Origin: Octopus bimaculoides
Taxonomy: Eukaryota
Assembly (NCBI RefSeq): GCF_001194135.2
Contig: NC_068985.1
Coordinates: forward strand, 113,063,443 to 113,127,309
Direction of reading: 5' to 3'
DNA: 63,867 nt
Translations under genes and position numbers: made by a program
Notes under the pieces: generated by a model
Database searches by the model: none
The model's input: the letters and a program-made list of their open reading frames with translations, nothing else
What the model was told of the DNA's origin: nothing
Shown here: positions 24,511 to 37,090 of the stretch, piece after piece
How the letters are laid out: the number at the start of each line of letters is the position of its first letter
How positions within the stretch are numbered: the stretch's first letter is position 1

Positions 24511-25274
24511 TTCAAGGAATTTATATACATCCTTTCGAACAACTTGCATCATACATTGGTCTTAGAATTCATAATCGCAATAGAACTTATAATTCCAATA
24601 ACACTTGCTATCCTTCTAAACATTTTCTGTTTAATAGAGGAGAGAAATAATTATAGATTACATGGATGGAAAGACCAGCTTCTCACCAATAAAATGTCTG
24701 AAGGCAACAAATATAAATTGAAGATACTGTCTGCTTGGATTATGCAAGGCAATGACCACTTCACCCATCATCACCTCATGAAAACTAACATATGTTTGGT
24801 GGTTGACAGAATTGCACTGCAAACAGCTGATATAGAAGTACATTCGAGCGGAATAACTCTTGGAGAACACTTGCATCAATTTCATTCCCATTTACTATAA
24901 ACTCCATGAATACTATCTTAAAAAATACAGGAAATAGCTATATACTCGATAACGACATAATTAGCTCTTTATCTATTACACATGAATGATACTAAGCTTA
25001 AACGAACGGTATTTTTTTATTTCTTGAAATTAATTTTTCTTGGGAGCTTACTAGCTTTTATAATGCCACTGACATTTATGGAGATAACTATGTCAAGCAC
25101 ATTTTCTAAAGTCAATAAATTTGGCGTAAAAATTAACTAAATTATACAAGTAATCGAGATAGGTCAAGTATGGAGGTATCTACGAGAAAGAACAAGAACA
25201 ACATAGTAAAAGAAACGAAAGTTCTTGAAGAAATACTTCTGATAATTAATTGAGGTAATGTGTTAGTGACAGAA

Positions 25275-26125
25275 ATATTGATTTCAAATTTTGGCACAAG
25301 GCTAGTAGTTTCTGGGTGGGGTAAGTCAATTAAATCGGTTCCAGTGCTCAACTGGTATTTATTTTATCGACCCCGAAAGGATAAAAAGCAAAGCCGACCT
25401 CGGCAGAATTTGAACTCAGAACGTAAATACGGACGAAATACCGCTAAGCATTTTGCCCGGCGTGCTAACGTTTCTTATTTCTTTATTGCCCACAAGGGGC
25501 CAAACATAGAGGGGACAAACAATGACAGACAAAGGGATTAAGTCGATTACATCGACCCCAGTGCGTAACTGGTACTTAACTTATCGACCCCGAAAGGCTG
25601 AAAGGCAAAGTCGACCTCGGCGGAATTTGAACTCAGAACGTAGCGACAAACGAAATACCGCTAAGCATTTCGCCGGGCGTGCTAACGATTCTGCCAGCTC
25701 GTCAGCTTTTAGTGGTATAAATATCTATTTCTTTATTGCCCACAGGGGGATAAACATAGAAGGGACAAACCCAGTGCGTAACTGGTACTTATCTAATGGA
25801 CCCCGAAAGGATGAAAGGCAAAGTCAGAATGTGAAAACATGAAATACCGCTAAACATTTCGCCCGGCGTGCTAACGATTCTGCCAGCTTACCACCCTCTA
25901 AAAATAATCTTCTCTACTCTAGTCACAGGGCCTGAAACTTTTGGGGAGTGGGCCAGTCAATTAGAGCAACCCCAATACGCAACTTGTACTTAATTTATCG
26001 ATCCAGAAAGGATGAAGGGCAAAGTGGACCTCGGCGGAATTTGAACTCAGAACGCAATGGCAGACGAAATACCGCTAAGCATTTCGCCCGGCGTGCTAAC
26101 GATTCTGCCAGGTCGTCGCCGTTTA
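25275..26125 (-). mobile_element. Head-to-tail chain of four SINE family A copies
   Basis: The block gaaataccgctaagcattt..cccggcgtgctaacg recurs at about 25435, 25655, 25842 and 26068, all in the same orientation. Confidence 0.92.
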
Positions 26126-26159
26126 GTCGTACAAATATTAAGACTTAGAAGGACTTTTT

Positions 26160-26425
26160 CACTACTGATATTTATCATACACTGCTGGGATAGTCATTGG
26201 AGTGCGCCCATGCTGGAACATCGCCATGAAGGGTTCAGTTGAACAAATCAACCCCAGAAACTATGTTCTCGTTTAATTTCGGTATTTATTCTACCATTCT
26301 CAATTCTCGAATTGCTAAGTTACGCGAACATAAACCCTCAAACATCGGCTGTCAAACCTGTTGGAAGACAAGCACAGACACAAAGACTCACGCAAGCACG
26401 CACGCATGCACGCACACACAATTCT
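26160..26425 (-). mobile_element. Decayed SINE family B, 3' half
   Basis: gcccatgctggaacatcgcc..gaacaaatcaaccccag..gctaagttacgcgaac. Confidence 0.7.
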
Positions 26426-26611
26426 TTTTTTGGAACAGTGAATTTCGAAACTGATAAAGCTATATGCAGTAGCATCTAAAAGGCTTTTTAAATCCAATAT
26501 TTACACGCTAATGGTTATAGGTTTAGCTTATTCGAGAATCATGCCAGGTTCATGAAGTTCCTAAATTCTTATAACGCTATCAACATACATAAACACACAC
26601 ACACACACATA

Positions 26612-26905
26612 TATATAATTAAAACATCGGGTAAAAAATCATATATTAATTAATATCGATTTATTACCAGGAAGCTAGCACATTTAAAGAATCAGAGAGA
26701 TTCAGAAAAAATATCTGAGATATATATATATATATATCTTACGGAGGTGTACTTGCATAGCAAGTGACCTGATCTGAGATCGTGTGCTGAAACAAAAACA
26801 AATGCAGCGTGGAAGGTGTTGCTAAGCCATTTAAAAACACACAAAAACCGTTAGATTCACTTCAACATTAAAAATTTAATTGGCCAAAATATTTTCGTCA
26901 CTTTG
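26612..26905 (+). repeat. Dispersed repeat related to the 61874-62240 foldback element
   Basis: 26612-26720 (..attaattaatatc..accagg..aagaatcagagagattcagaaaaaatatctgaga) matches the reverse complement of 62140-62240. Confidence 0.8.
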
Positions 26906-26975
26906 AGATTCTACCAAGAATAAGAACAAACCTGAGTCAAATTGATCAATAATAATAATAATGATAATAAAAGTC

Positions 26976-27004
<29 letters not shown>

Positions 27005-27007
<3 letters not shown>

Positions 27008-27190
27008 CCTTGATACTATAGGCACAAAACCAGTAATTTTGGAGGAGGTGGATAGTCGATTACATCGACCCCAGTACTCGACTGGTACTTATTTCATCGA
27101 CCCCGAAAGAATCAGAGGCAAAGGTGACGTCGGCAGAATTTGAATTCTGAGCGTAAGCAGCCGCAAATAATTGCTTCAAAGTTTGGCAGA
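27005..27190 (-). mobile_element. SINE family A variant, decayed
   Basis: tagtcgattacatcgaccccagtactcgactggtacttatttcatcgaccccgaaag. Confidence 0.8.
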
Positions 27191-27247
27191 ATACCAGTAA
27201 TATGAGAGCGAGAGGATGGTCGATTACATTGATCAGCAGCCACGAAG

Positions 27248-27690
27248 TAAATGAAAGGATAAAATGAGGAGGAGGAGGAAAGGAGGAGAAGGAGAGGAAG
27301 GAGGAGAGGAGGGGAAGAAGTCGAAGAAGAAGAAGAAGGAGGAGGAGGAGGAGGAGGAAGAGGAGAAGAAGAAGAAGAAGAAGAAGAAGAAGAAGAAGAA
27401 GAAATAAATGAAAGGATGAAATGAGGAGGAGGAGAAAAGGAGGGGAAGGAGAAGAAGGAGGAGAGGAGGGGAAGAAGTCGAAGAAGAAGAAGAAGAAGAA
27501 GAAGAAGAAGAAGAAGAAAAAGAAGAAGAAGAAGAAATAAATGAAAGGATGAAATGAGGAGGAGGAGGAGGAAAGAAGAAGAAGAAGAAGAAGAACTTAA
27601 CGAAAGGATGAAATGAGGAGGCGGAGGAGGAAAGGNNNNNNNNNNGAAGAAGAAGAAGAAGAAGAAGAAGAAGAAGAAGAAAAACGATGG
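27248..27690 (+). repeat. Higher-order purine trinucleotide repeat ((GAG)n/(GAA)n blocks punctuated by a constant motif)
   Basis: aaatgaaaggatgaaatgaggagg-like motif at about 27248, 27404, 27538 and 27600. Confidence 0.85.
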
Positions 27691-27953
27691 CGACAGCGTC
27701 CAAATTATACAGTTGGTAGGGTACGCGAAATAAATCAAAACCAAAAGCAAAAGAACAGACGAGGCAGCTGACAAAAATGAACACGTGACCAGGTTCTGCA
27801 ATGATTCAATAAGTACAAACAAGTTCACTGGCCACACTTGAGATAAGCTGGATAAGGGAAGATTATCAGGACAGAAATAAGTTAAATATTTATGTCATTC
27901 AGTTAATTAAAGGATGCACTGAGTGCAGATGAAAAAAATCTGTCATAACGTGT

Positions 27954-27995
<42 letters not shown>

Positions 27996-28063
27996 NNNNN
28001 NNNNNNNNNNNNNNNNNNNNNNNTGTGTGTGTGTGTTTGTGTGTGTGTGTTTGCGTGTGTGTA

Positions 28064-28096
<33 letters not shown>

Positions 28097-28243
28097 TTGT
28101 GTGTGTGTATACATATATATATGTGTGCGTGTGTGTGTGTGTGTGTGTGTGCATACACATATACACACCATATCAATAGATAGATAGACAGACATCACGC
28201 ACACACACACAAACTACACACTACACACATACTTACACTACAC

Positions 28244-28274
<31 letters not shown>

Positions 28275-29659
28275 CGTATAGTCACACAGTCGTTAACATA
28301 TATAGACGCAATCACACACACATACACGCACACGCACACGCACACATACACGCATACATGTATATATCTAAGACAGTCACACAGTCGCTGACATGCGTAT
28401 ACACAGACATANNNNNNNNNNNNNNNNNNNNNNNNNNNNNNNNNNNNNNNNNNNNNNNNNNNNNNNNNNNNNNNNNNNNNNNNNNNNNNNNNNNNNNNNN
28501 NNNNNNNNNNNNNNNNNNNNNNNNNNNNNNNNNNNNNNNNNNNNNNNNNNNNNNNNNNNNNNNNNNNNNNNNNNNNNNNNNNNNNNNNNNNNNNNNNNNN
28601 NNNNNNNNNNNNNNNNNNNNNNNNNNNNNNNNNNNNNNNNNNNNNNNNNNNNNNNNNNNNNNNNNNNNNNNNNNNNNNNNNNNNNNNNNNNNNNNNNNNN
28701 NNNNNNNNNNNNNNNNNNNNNNNNNNNNNNNNNNNNNNNNNNNNNNNNNNNNNNNNNNNNNNNNNNNNNNNNNNNNNNNNNNNNNNNNNNNNNNNNNNNN
28801 NNNNNNNNNNNNNNNNNNNNNNNNNNNNNNNNNNNNNNNNNNNNNNNNNNNNNNNNNNNNNNNNNNNNNNNNNNNNNNNNNNNNNNNNNNNNNNNNNNNN
28901 NNNNNNNNNNNNNNNNNNTACACACACTCACAGACATACACACATACACAAATATATACAAACAGCCAAATACAATCATAGATACACACACACACAGAAA
29001 GACAGATAAACACACACACACACACACAGATACACACACACACAAATACACACACACACACAGATACACACACACACACAGATACACACAGATACACACA
29101 CACATACGTACACATACGCACGCAGTCACATACATTCAAAGCCATACACACACATGCCCTCACGTAACTTTTTGAGATTTGATATTCATGTCACTAAGTT
29201 AATCCTTGGTGATCTCGCTCCTCGCGCCAAGAGTTTAGCACAATTCCCCCGTTGCTAAACGCACCGATGATAAAACGGTTAAGCATTTCTTCTTCAGTCA
29301 AATTGTTGTCTGCAATGTTTCCACCTCTCTCTTTGATATTAGTCACACATTGGCAATCTAAAGTCATTCCATTTATTGCGAAGACGATGGGAATGTTATA
29401 AAGAAATGTTCAGAATATTTTTCTCTTTGGTTTCCCGGATCTAGCTCTGTTCTTATTCTAATATAATGGAAGTTTACAAGTTGAACACACAGAAGTTATG
29501 TTAACGCTCCAATCTAACGGAAATTTGTTTAATGATTTGGAAAGTCCGTCTAATAATGGAAGCCACTCGTCTCCCAATGAATAGATGAAACAACTTGTGA
29601 GATATGTTATTGATTTCTAGTTTAGACACAAGGTTATAGATCTGGGATTAATTGGTTAC

Positions 29660-29925
29660 TTAGTTCTCTTCGTACCACGAGGCACATAAGGCCGCAACAC
29701 GATCTCTCCAACCAGTTCTGTTTCCTGCCCCTGTTCGGGTCTCATTCGACCTTTTCCACCTTTCTCGTCTCATTTCCATGTCAATGGTCCTTTGCTATGT
29801 GGTTTTAGGGCTCCCTGCTGCTCTTTTTCTGTTCAGGTTACCCCTTTAGTGCCACCATACAATCGCTTTATCGACCTTGTGTGGGGACGTGCCCGATCTA
29901 GTTCCAGCGTCTGCGTCAATCTTGT
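29660..29925 (-). mobile_element. RTE-group LINE 3' end
   Basis: Minus strand across frameshifts reads RRWN*IGHV..SDCMVAL..PE.K..G.PKTT.QRTIDME.R.E..K..NE.RTGAGNRTGWRDRVAALCASWYEEN*. This is a typical RTE/RTEX C-terminus. Confidence 0.75.
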
Positions 29926-29939
29926 GAAGAAGTATGAAG

Positions 29940-30090
29940 AAGATTTGGCATTGGAGGAGGGAATTGTCAATTATATCGATCCTAGTATATGACTGGTAAT
30001 TGTTTTAGTAACATCTGAGCAACGAAGGCAAATTCGAAGACGGCGAGATTTTGAACTTGAAATGCATAAATTCTTCCACATAATACTATG
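29940..30090 (-). mobile_element. Decayed SINE family A variant
   Basis: aattatatcgatcctagt..gactggta..gaaggcaaattcga..gattttgaact. Confidence 0.55.
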
Positions 30091-30106
30091 AAATGTTTTA
30101 ACCATT

Positions 30107-30350
30107 ATGAAGCCGCATGGCCTAGTGGTTAAGGTGTTGCACTCACGTTCGCAAGGTCGTGATTTCAAACCTTGGACTGGGTGGTGAATTATGTTCTTGA
30201 GAAAAACACTTCATTTCACGTTGCTCCACTCAAATGTAAATGAGTAACCCTATGGTCTTGCATCTCATTCTAGAGGAATGTTGTGACCTCAGCCACTCAT
30301 ACGCCATGGAAACCTGTTAACCAGCCCTATGAATCTTAGGGCTCAAGAAC
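30107..30350 (+). mobile_element. tRNA-derived SINE family C, decayed
   Basis: A box tggcctagtggttaag and CORE-like tgttcttgagaaaaacacttcatttcacgttgctcca. Confidence 0.75.
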
Positions 30351-30602
30351 GTAATAATCAGGGGTTTATGGGGATGATAATGGAATACATCCAGAGTTGC
30401 CTTCATCTCTGCGTTAAGTCCTTAATTTCTACATTGCTCTTATTACTAAGTCTCTTACTGTCGTACTTTTAATTAGTGTTTGAAACCAAGCGTTGGGAAA
30501 TGCTACTTAATGTTATAAATAGTCATTCTGTTTAGGAACTAAGTCACTCTTTTTCTGTCTCCAGTCTGCCACCATTCGGAACCGTTTTTATAAAAATGTT
30601 CG

Positions 30603-30930
30603 TGAAGGCGCGTGGCTTAGTGGTTCGGGCATCCGTCTCACGGCCGTAAAGTTGTAATTTCGATTCCTGGCGGTGCGCGTTGTTTCTTTGACCAAGATAC
30701 TTTATTTCACGTTGCTCCAGTCCTCTCAGCAGGCAAAAATTAGTTGTACCTGTAATCCAAAGGGCCAGTCTTGTCACACTCTGTGATGCTGAATCTCCCC
30801 AAGAACCATGTTAAAGGTATTCATGTCTGCGGAGTACTCAGCTACTTGCACGTTAATTTCAAGAGCAGGCTGTTCCCGTTGAATGGATCAACTGGAACCC
30901 TCGTCGTCGTAACCGACGGAGTGCCAACGA
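30603..30930 (+). mobile_element. tRNA-derived SINE with family C head/core and family D tail
   Basis: Head ggcgcgtggcttagtggtt..tttcgattcctgg and core tttcacgttgctccagtc. The tail from tgtacctgtaatccaaaggg onward aligns with 22650-22830. Confidence 0.85.
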
Positions 30931-31224
30931 TGTTCTAATCAAACCAGTGAGATAGTGGTGTCCAGAGGTTGACTATGATGACAAAGCCATCAGTTCACGA
31001 CCGTAATTACTAAAAAGAAAAAAACAAACAGAATACCTTAACTCCTGTTATGAACAGGCAAGAAATTTAGAATATGTTACTAATCAATGAGGAATAGACA
31101 CAACATCGTTTTCATAATCCTGCGTCTATCATAAAAATGCTTAATAATAAACATGACTAAAAGTCGTTGCATTCAAGCTATAAGGTTACCAAGTGTGTTG
31201 AAATCTAATCGTTATCTTTTAATT

Positions 31225-31320
31225 TTTGCTTGTTTTAGTCATTGGATTACAGCCATGCTGGAGCACTGTGTTGCAGGGTTCAATGAAACAAATCGATCTC
31301 AGTGTCTATAGTTAAGTTTG
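31225..31320 (-). mobile_element. SINE family B tail fragment
   Basis: ttagtcattggattacagccatgctggagcactg..gaaacaaatcgatctcag. Confidence 0.7.
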
Positions 31321-31930
31321 TGTGTGTGTGCGCGCGTGTGCGTGCGTGTTAGTTGAAAAAGCTGAAGCCAAACAGGGAAAAGAATATCCATCTGTTATCT
31401 ATGTGTATACATGTGTATATATNNNNNNNNNNNNNNNNNNNNNNNNNNNNNNNNNNNNNNNNNNNNNNNNNNNNNNNNNNNNNNNNNNNNNNNNNNNNNN
31501 NNNNNNNNNNNNNNNNNNNNNNNNNNNNNNNNNNNNNNNNNNNNNNNNNNNNNNNNNNNNNNNNNNNNNNNNNNNNNNNNNNNNNNNNNNNNNNNNNNNN
31601 NNNNNNNNNNNNNNNNNNNNNNNNNNNNNNNNNNNNNNNNNNNNNNNNNNNNNNNNNNNNNNNNNNNNNNNNNNNNNNNNNNNNNNNNNNNNNNNNNNNN
31701 NNNNNNNNNNNNNNNNNNNNNNNNNNNNNNNNNNNNNNNNNNNNNNNNNNNNNNNNNNNNNNNNNNNNNNNNNNNNNNNNNNNNNNNNNNNNNNNNNNNN
31801 NNNNNNNNNNNNNNNNNNNNNNNNNNNNNNNNNNNNNNNNNNNNNNNNNNNNNNNNNNNNNNNNNNNNNNNNNNNNNNNNNNNNNNNNNNNNNNNNNNNN
31901 NNNNNNNNNNNNNNNNNNNNNNNNNNNNNN

Positions 31931-31969
<39 letters not shown>

Positions 31970-32544
31970 GATAAAGGATTATATTGAAAGATTAGAGATA
32001 TTGAACGAAACAAGAAAAAATGTTACAAATCTTTACAATTCTTTGATTAAATTTGCGTAAAGAAGAAATATTAGGTGCAAAGATTATTGTCATTACTGTT
32101 ATTGATGCTGTTGTCGTTCCTGCTGTCTTTTAGTCACCTGTCTTATTGAATTAGATCTTTGGTAAAATGCGCTTCATTCTTCACCATTCATATATTATTT
32201 TAGGCACAGCGTATCCGTATATAATAACTATCCAATATACTTGTAGAATACAAGTTGAGAAATATTCAACGATATATCTTGGACTAAATATTTCTCTTTT
32301 GAAAAGACTGAAGTGCGAGTTAAGAGACACACGATGTCTCTACGACTACATTATGTAACATCTTTTGGAGCGAAAGACTATATAATTTATGGAACATTTG
32401 GCTGCTATTTCAAGCATATCGAGTGACTATGTAGAGGCTGTCTCACATGTAAAAGGATTTAGCTGTATAACCCATTGGTTCGTAAAATTCAATTGATTCT
32501 ATATGAATATAAAGATGATTGATATGTAATATCATTAGAGCTAT

Positions 32545-32627
<83 letters not shown>

Positions 32628-33227
32628 GATAGATAGATAGATAGATATATTCTAAATTTCTCATGAGTCATACTATTTAGTTGCTATTTCAACAGCTTCA
32701 ACTTTAGCATTAATAATGAATAGAGTTATAATAACTAGAACTACTAAACATTCTTCAGAATTTGGAAAAAAAAAGTGAGTTATGTCTATGTGAAAGAACG
32801 CAGAGATCTTGGATTTTGTGAGTCAGTTAAATGCGTTATTTCTTCAAGGGCTTGATACGATGCCAATATTTTGACAATGTGTTCAGTTTGTATTCCTGCT
32901 GATTTTTCATTTTTACTATTAAAATATGAAGAAAACATTGACACATCGAATTTCCCTTGCTGAATGGAATACTTCGGAATAATTTAGCTGTATAGCATTT
33001 TGATATTTGTTTCCTGGCTCGGTTGAAATCTTACCGATTCCTCGTGAATTACTGCACACTTTGGTGGCATTGTTGTGTAATATATTTCATCAGTGCAGTC
33101 GTTACACAATGAGCACATCAATTCTATATTCTGACTCAAGTTTTACAGGTTTGGCTTGGATTAGTCATCTGTAGTAGAAACCATATGCTTGAAACATTTA
33201 GAATCCACAGTATTATTACCTGTTCTT

Positions 33228-33990
33228 AAGGTGGCGAGCTGGCAGAATCGTTAGCACGCCTGGCGAAATGCTTAGCGGTATTTCGTCTGCCGTTACGTTC
33301 TGAAAATTTTGGTGGGAAGGAGGCTAGTCGATTACATCGACTCCAGTGCGTAACTGGTACTTATAGGCAAAGTCGACCTCGGCGGAATTTGACATACGAA
33401 CGTAGCGGCAGATAAAATACCGCTAAGCATTTTGCCCGACGCGCTAACGATTCTGCTAACTCACCGCCTTAACAGTGGTTTGTAATAATCCTTTCTATTA
33501 TAGGCACAAGGCCCGAAATTTAGGGAAGGAATATAGTCGATTACATCAACCCCCGAACTCAACTGGTACTTAATTTATCGACCCCGAAAGGATGAGATGA
33601 AAGGCAAAGTTGACATCGGTGGAATTTGAACTCGGAACGTAAAGAGCCAGAAGAAATACCGCAAAGTATTTCGTCTAACGTGCTAACGATTCTACCAGCT
33701 CACCGCCTTAATTCCAGCGACTAGTGTATGGCATGTACTTTATTTTATCGTTCACGACATGATGAAAGGCTAAATCTACATCGGCGGAATTTGAACGCAG
33801 AACGTAGCGACGGGCGAAATACGGCAAAGTATTTCGTCCAACGTGCTAACGATTCTACCAGTTCGCCACCTTAATTCCAGCGACTAGTGTATGGCATGTA
33901 CTTTATTTTATCGTTCACGACATGATGAAAGGCTAAGTCTACATCGGTGGAATTTGAACTCGGAACGTAAAGAGCCAGAAGAAATGCCAG
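33228..33990. mobile_element. SINE family A cluster: inverted head pair plus tandem duplicated minus copies
   Basis: The plus head at 33228-33300 faces a minus copy at 33300-33470. A unit of about 162 bp at 33708-33870 is partly repeated from 33870. Confidence 0.88.
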
Positions 33991-34114
33991 TTCACTACCT
34001 TAGTGGTTTGTAATAATGTGAGTGAATCACCACGTATACCTGTTACTTACGACTTGCTTCAGTCATTGGACTCTGGCCATGCTGGGACATCCCAGTACAT
34101 ATATATATATATAT

Positions 34115-34366
34115 ATATATATATGCGCCCTTTTAAAGCCTAGCCAGGCTCATGGGCTCGGTTTCCCGGTTTCAATGGAGTATGTGTTCCCCAGCTGGAC
34201 GGGACGCCAGTCCATCGCAGCGTTACTCACTTTTGCCAGCTGAGTGGACTGGAGCAATGTGAAATGAAGTGTTTTGCTCAAGAACACAACGCGTCGCCCG
34301 GTCCAGGAATCGAAACCACAATCTTACGATCATGACACCCCTAACCACTAAGCCACGCGCCTCCAC
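34115..34366 (-). mobile_element. tRNA-derived SINE family C with a V-domain-like tail
   Basis: Minus strand reads ggaggcgcgtggcttagtggttag..ggtttcgattcctggaccgggcgacgcgttgtgttcttgagcaaaacac..gcgatggactggcgtcccgtccag..gaaaccgggaaaccg. The V-domain label is from memory. Confidence 0.8.
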
Positions 34367-34479
34367 CCAGTACATATACGAGTATTATAAATTTTATTTT
34401 TACTATGAGAATTTATTGATCTGCCTTACGAGTTTTCGCTTTACGAGCGGTCTCCGGGAAGAAATTAATTCGTATATGG

Positions 34480-34665
34480 CGGTATTACTGCACTTATTTC
34501 TAAGTCTAGTATTTATTCTATCGGTCTTTTGCGCTGAACCACTAGGTTACGTGAATGTAAACGCACCAACACCTGGTGTCAAGCAGTAGTAGGCAATAAA
34601 CACAAAGATATACACAAACATATCGGTGCCTTAGCATGGCCGCAGCCTCAAAGTTGAAACATAAA
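34480..34665. mobile_element. SINE family B fragments (minus body, plus tail)
   Basis: ctagtatttattctatcggtcttttgcgctgaaccactaggttacg; gcatggccgcagcc..gaaacataaaaga. Confidence 0.7.
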
Positions 34666-35320
34666 AGAATAAGATGATATATTTGTACGCCGTACACACA
34701 TTTTTCGTCTACTAATTTTAGTCATGGCATGTGCGTATGTATGTGTGTGCGTGTGTGTATGTGTGTATGCGTGTGTGTGTGTGTATTCTGTGCATGTGTT
34801 GTGTGTGTGTGTGTGTGCAAGTGCGCGTGCAAGTATACCTTCCTTCATCCAATGTGTGCTAGTCTTTTCACTTTTTATATGTATGTATGTATGTATGTAT
34901 ATAACAGTAAAATTAACAGACTATATTATAAGCATGCCAAAGGGAGAGGAAAAAAACAATAGTTGACTGTTACGAACCATTAATTTTCATAATATAAATT
35001 CGTAATACAGTAAAAGAAAAAAAAATGTGGATTAAATTACATTGCATTATGTAAACAAGTTTTAAGAAATCATAGATGATTGCTATATATCATTGCGAGA
35101 TTACATTACGAAAAGCATTTTAAATAGCGCTTTAATTACAACTCTAGGATACAACATGGCTTTTGAAAAGGTGTTTTTATGTATATATATTTACTGTGGA
35201 ATTTGGGATGCAATGTTGAATATTTGCAATAAATTAATGCAGATGTGTATCTAAATATATATTGCAGGTTTTCTTTGAAAGAAATGTTATTGCGAAATAA
35301 CACACACCTACACACGCATT

Positions 35321-35381
<61 letters not shown>

Positions 35382-35841
35382 TTGACGAATTGAGATGTGT
35401 CTACCAAGGTGATGAGCTACATTCTCTATCTCTTCTGCCTGTGTGTACACACACACAAACACACACATGCATACAAGTAAATATATATATATATATATTG
35501 TTACTATTATGCTAAACTGTCGTATGTCCAAATTTGGCCAATTGCGCTTTTTTTTTTCAATATTCATTTTTACTTGCAATAGCAGGTTCTTTTGGTCAAA
35601 CTATCAGATGCCAAGATATCAAAAATTGTGAAACTGTAGTAGAATGGTTTTGCTATGGAATGATGAAACAATTTTTCGTTTTCTGAAAATAGCAACGTTT
35701 TGGACTTACGACGCTTTTGCATAATAGCAACGACATATATCTATATATGTATATACATCTTCTTTTACTTTTTTCAGTCATCGGACTGTGACCATGCTAG
35801 AGCATTGCCTTGAAGGGTTTCGTCGAACAAATCGAACTTAG

Positions 35842-37090
35842 TGTAGGGCACCGCCCAAGAGTTTATGACAGAGGAATTGTAGACAGGAATTTCGCTGTGG
35901 GCTAGCTAGGGAACTGGTCTGCGGCGAAGTTGACTTCCGGTTAAGGGGCTTCTACGAAGGAGGAGTTGACTGGCGGCTGTCGCCTTCATGTGTTCAACTA
36001 TATAAATCTTTCACTAACACATTCTGGGTCTCCGTTAATTTTTGTGTGTCTAGCTTAACTAAAGTTATAACTGGGGACCCTACGGAAGAACTACAGCTTT
36101 CGCTTCGCACATCGAAGTAAACAACAGAAAATCAAAAGAAACAAATACAAGCGATCACATAGCAACACTGAAGCTACCACAATTCTGACCCAAGAGGGCT
36201 GAGTTATGGTTCGCGCAGACGGAAACGCAATTTAACATATTCAAAATAACTTCAGACCTAACGAAATATGTAGTAGCGGCAACTATGCACCACCACTGGC
36301 CAGTTTCATCCATGTCAACATTGACCTTGTCGGCCCTCTACCACCTTCATAGGGTTGCTCGTACCCACTGACCTTGGTAGACCGCTACACTCGTTGGCCT
36401 GAGGTTATCCCTCTCCGCAGTACGGAAACGCAAGAAGTCAGCCGAGCCTTCGTCAAAAACTGGGTTGCCCGTTTCGGTGTCCCAGTCAGCATCTCATCCG
36501 ATCGGGGTCCACAATTCACTTCAAAGCTGTGGAATGACATGTGTGACCTTTTCGGAATCACGATGAACCGCACAACAGCCTATCACCCACAGGCCAACGG
36601 ATTAGTGGAGAGATTTCACCGCCACCTGAAGGAATCCCTGACAACCAGAGTTAACTGGCTCAATTGGGTTGATCAACTTCCATGGGTGATGCTGGGAATC
36701 CGCACTACCCCAAAGGAAAATCTCAACACTTTTTCCACGGAAATGGTGTATGTTTCTCCTCTTACAGTGGCAGGAAAGTTCCTTCCGAACACGAAGTCAG
36801 ACCCAGATGTCAAAAGGTACCTCACGCAACTGAGGGACAGTGTGGGCCCTATTCCCATGTCAACACCTGGTACACATAGATCATCCGTACCAAATGACCT
36901 CCGCACGGCTAACTTCGCGTTTGTTCGATGACACACACGACGAAAACCCCTCTAGTCACGCTACGATGGTCCATAGGAAATCTTATGTGCAAAAGACAAA
37001 CCATTCCTACTCCTAACTGGCGGACGACAAGACAGTTTCCATCGATAGATTGAAACTGGCCCATCTCGATAGATATTGATAGCCGCGTCC
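35842..37090 (+). mobile_element. Gypsy/Ty3 LTR retrotransposon remnant: 5' LTR (about 35842-36070), PBS, then integrase pseudogene (about 36290-37075)
   Basis: TGT start, TATA-like tatataaa at about 35998, and PBS tggggaccctacg at 36072, which resembles the tRNA-Trp PBS TGGTGACCCCGACG. Protein reads HVNIDLVGPLP..VDRYTRWPE..SDRGPQFTS..TTAYHPQANGLVERFHRHLK (D,D35E) ..YDGP..VSIDRLK (GPY/F module). Confidence 0.92.

Noticed and set aside
24496-24900. 134-aa plus-strand ORF
   Set aside because: It starts inside a SINE fragment, has no recognisable motif in any frame, and lacks convincing splice sites.
29250-29600. Non-repetitive island with short protein-like minus-strand frames (DCQCVTNIKERGGNIADNNLTEEEMLNRFII)
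   Set aside because: The frames are under 60 codons, the splice signals are weak, and I recognise no homology.
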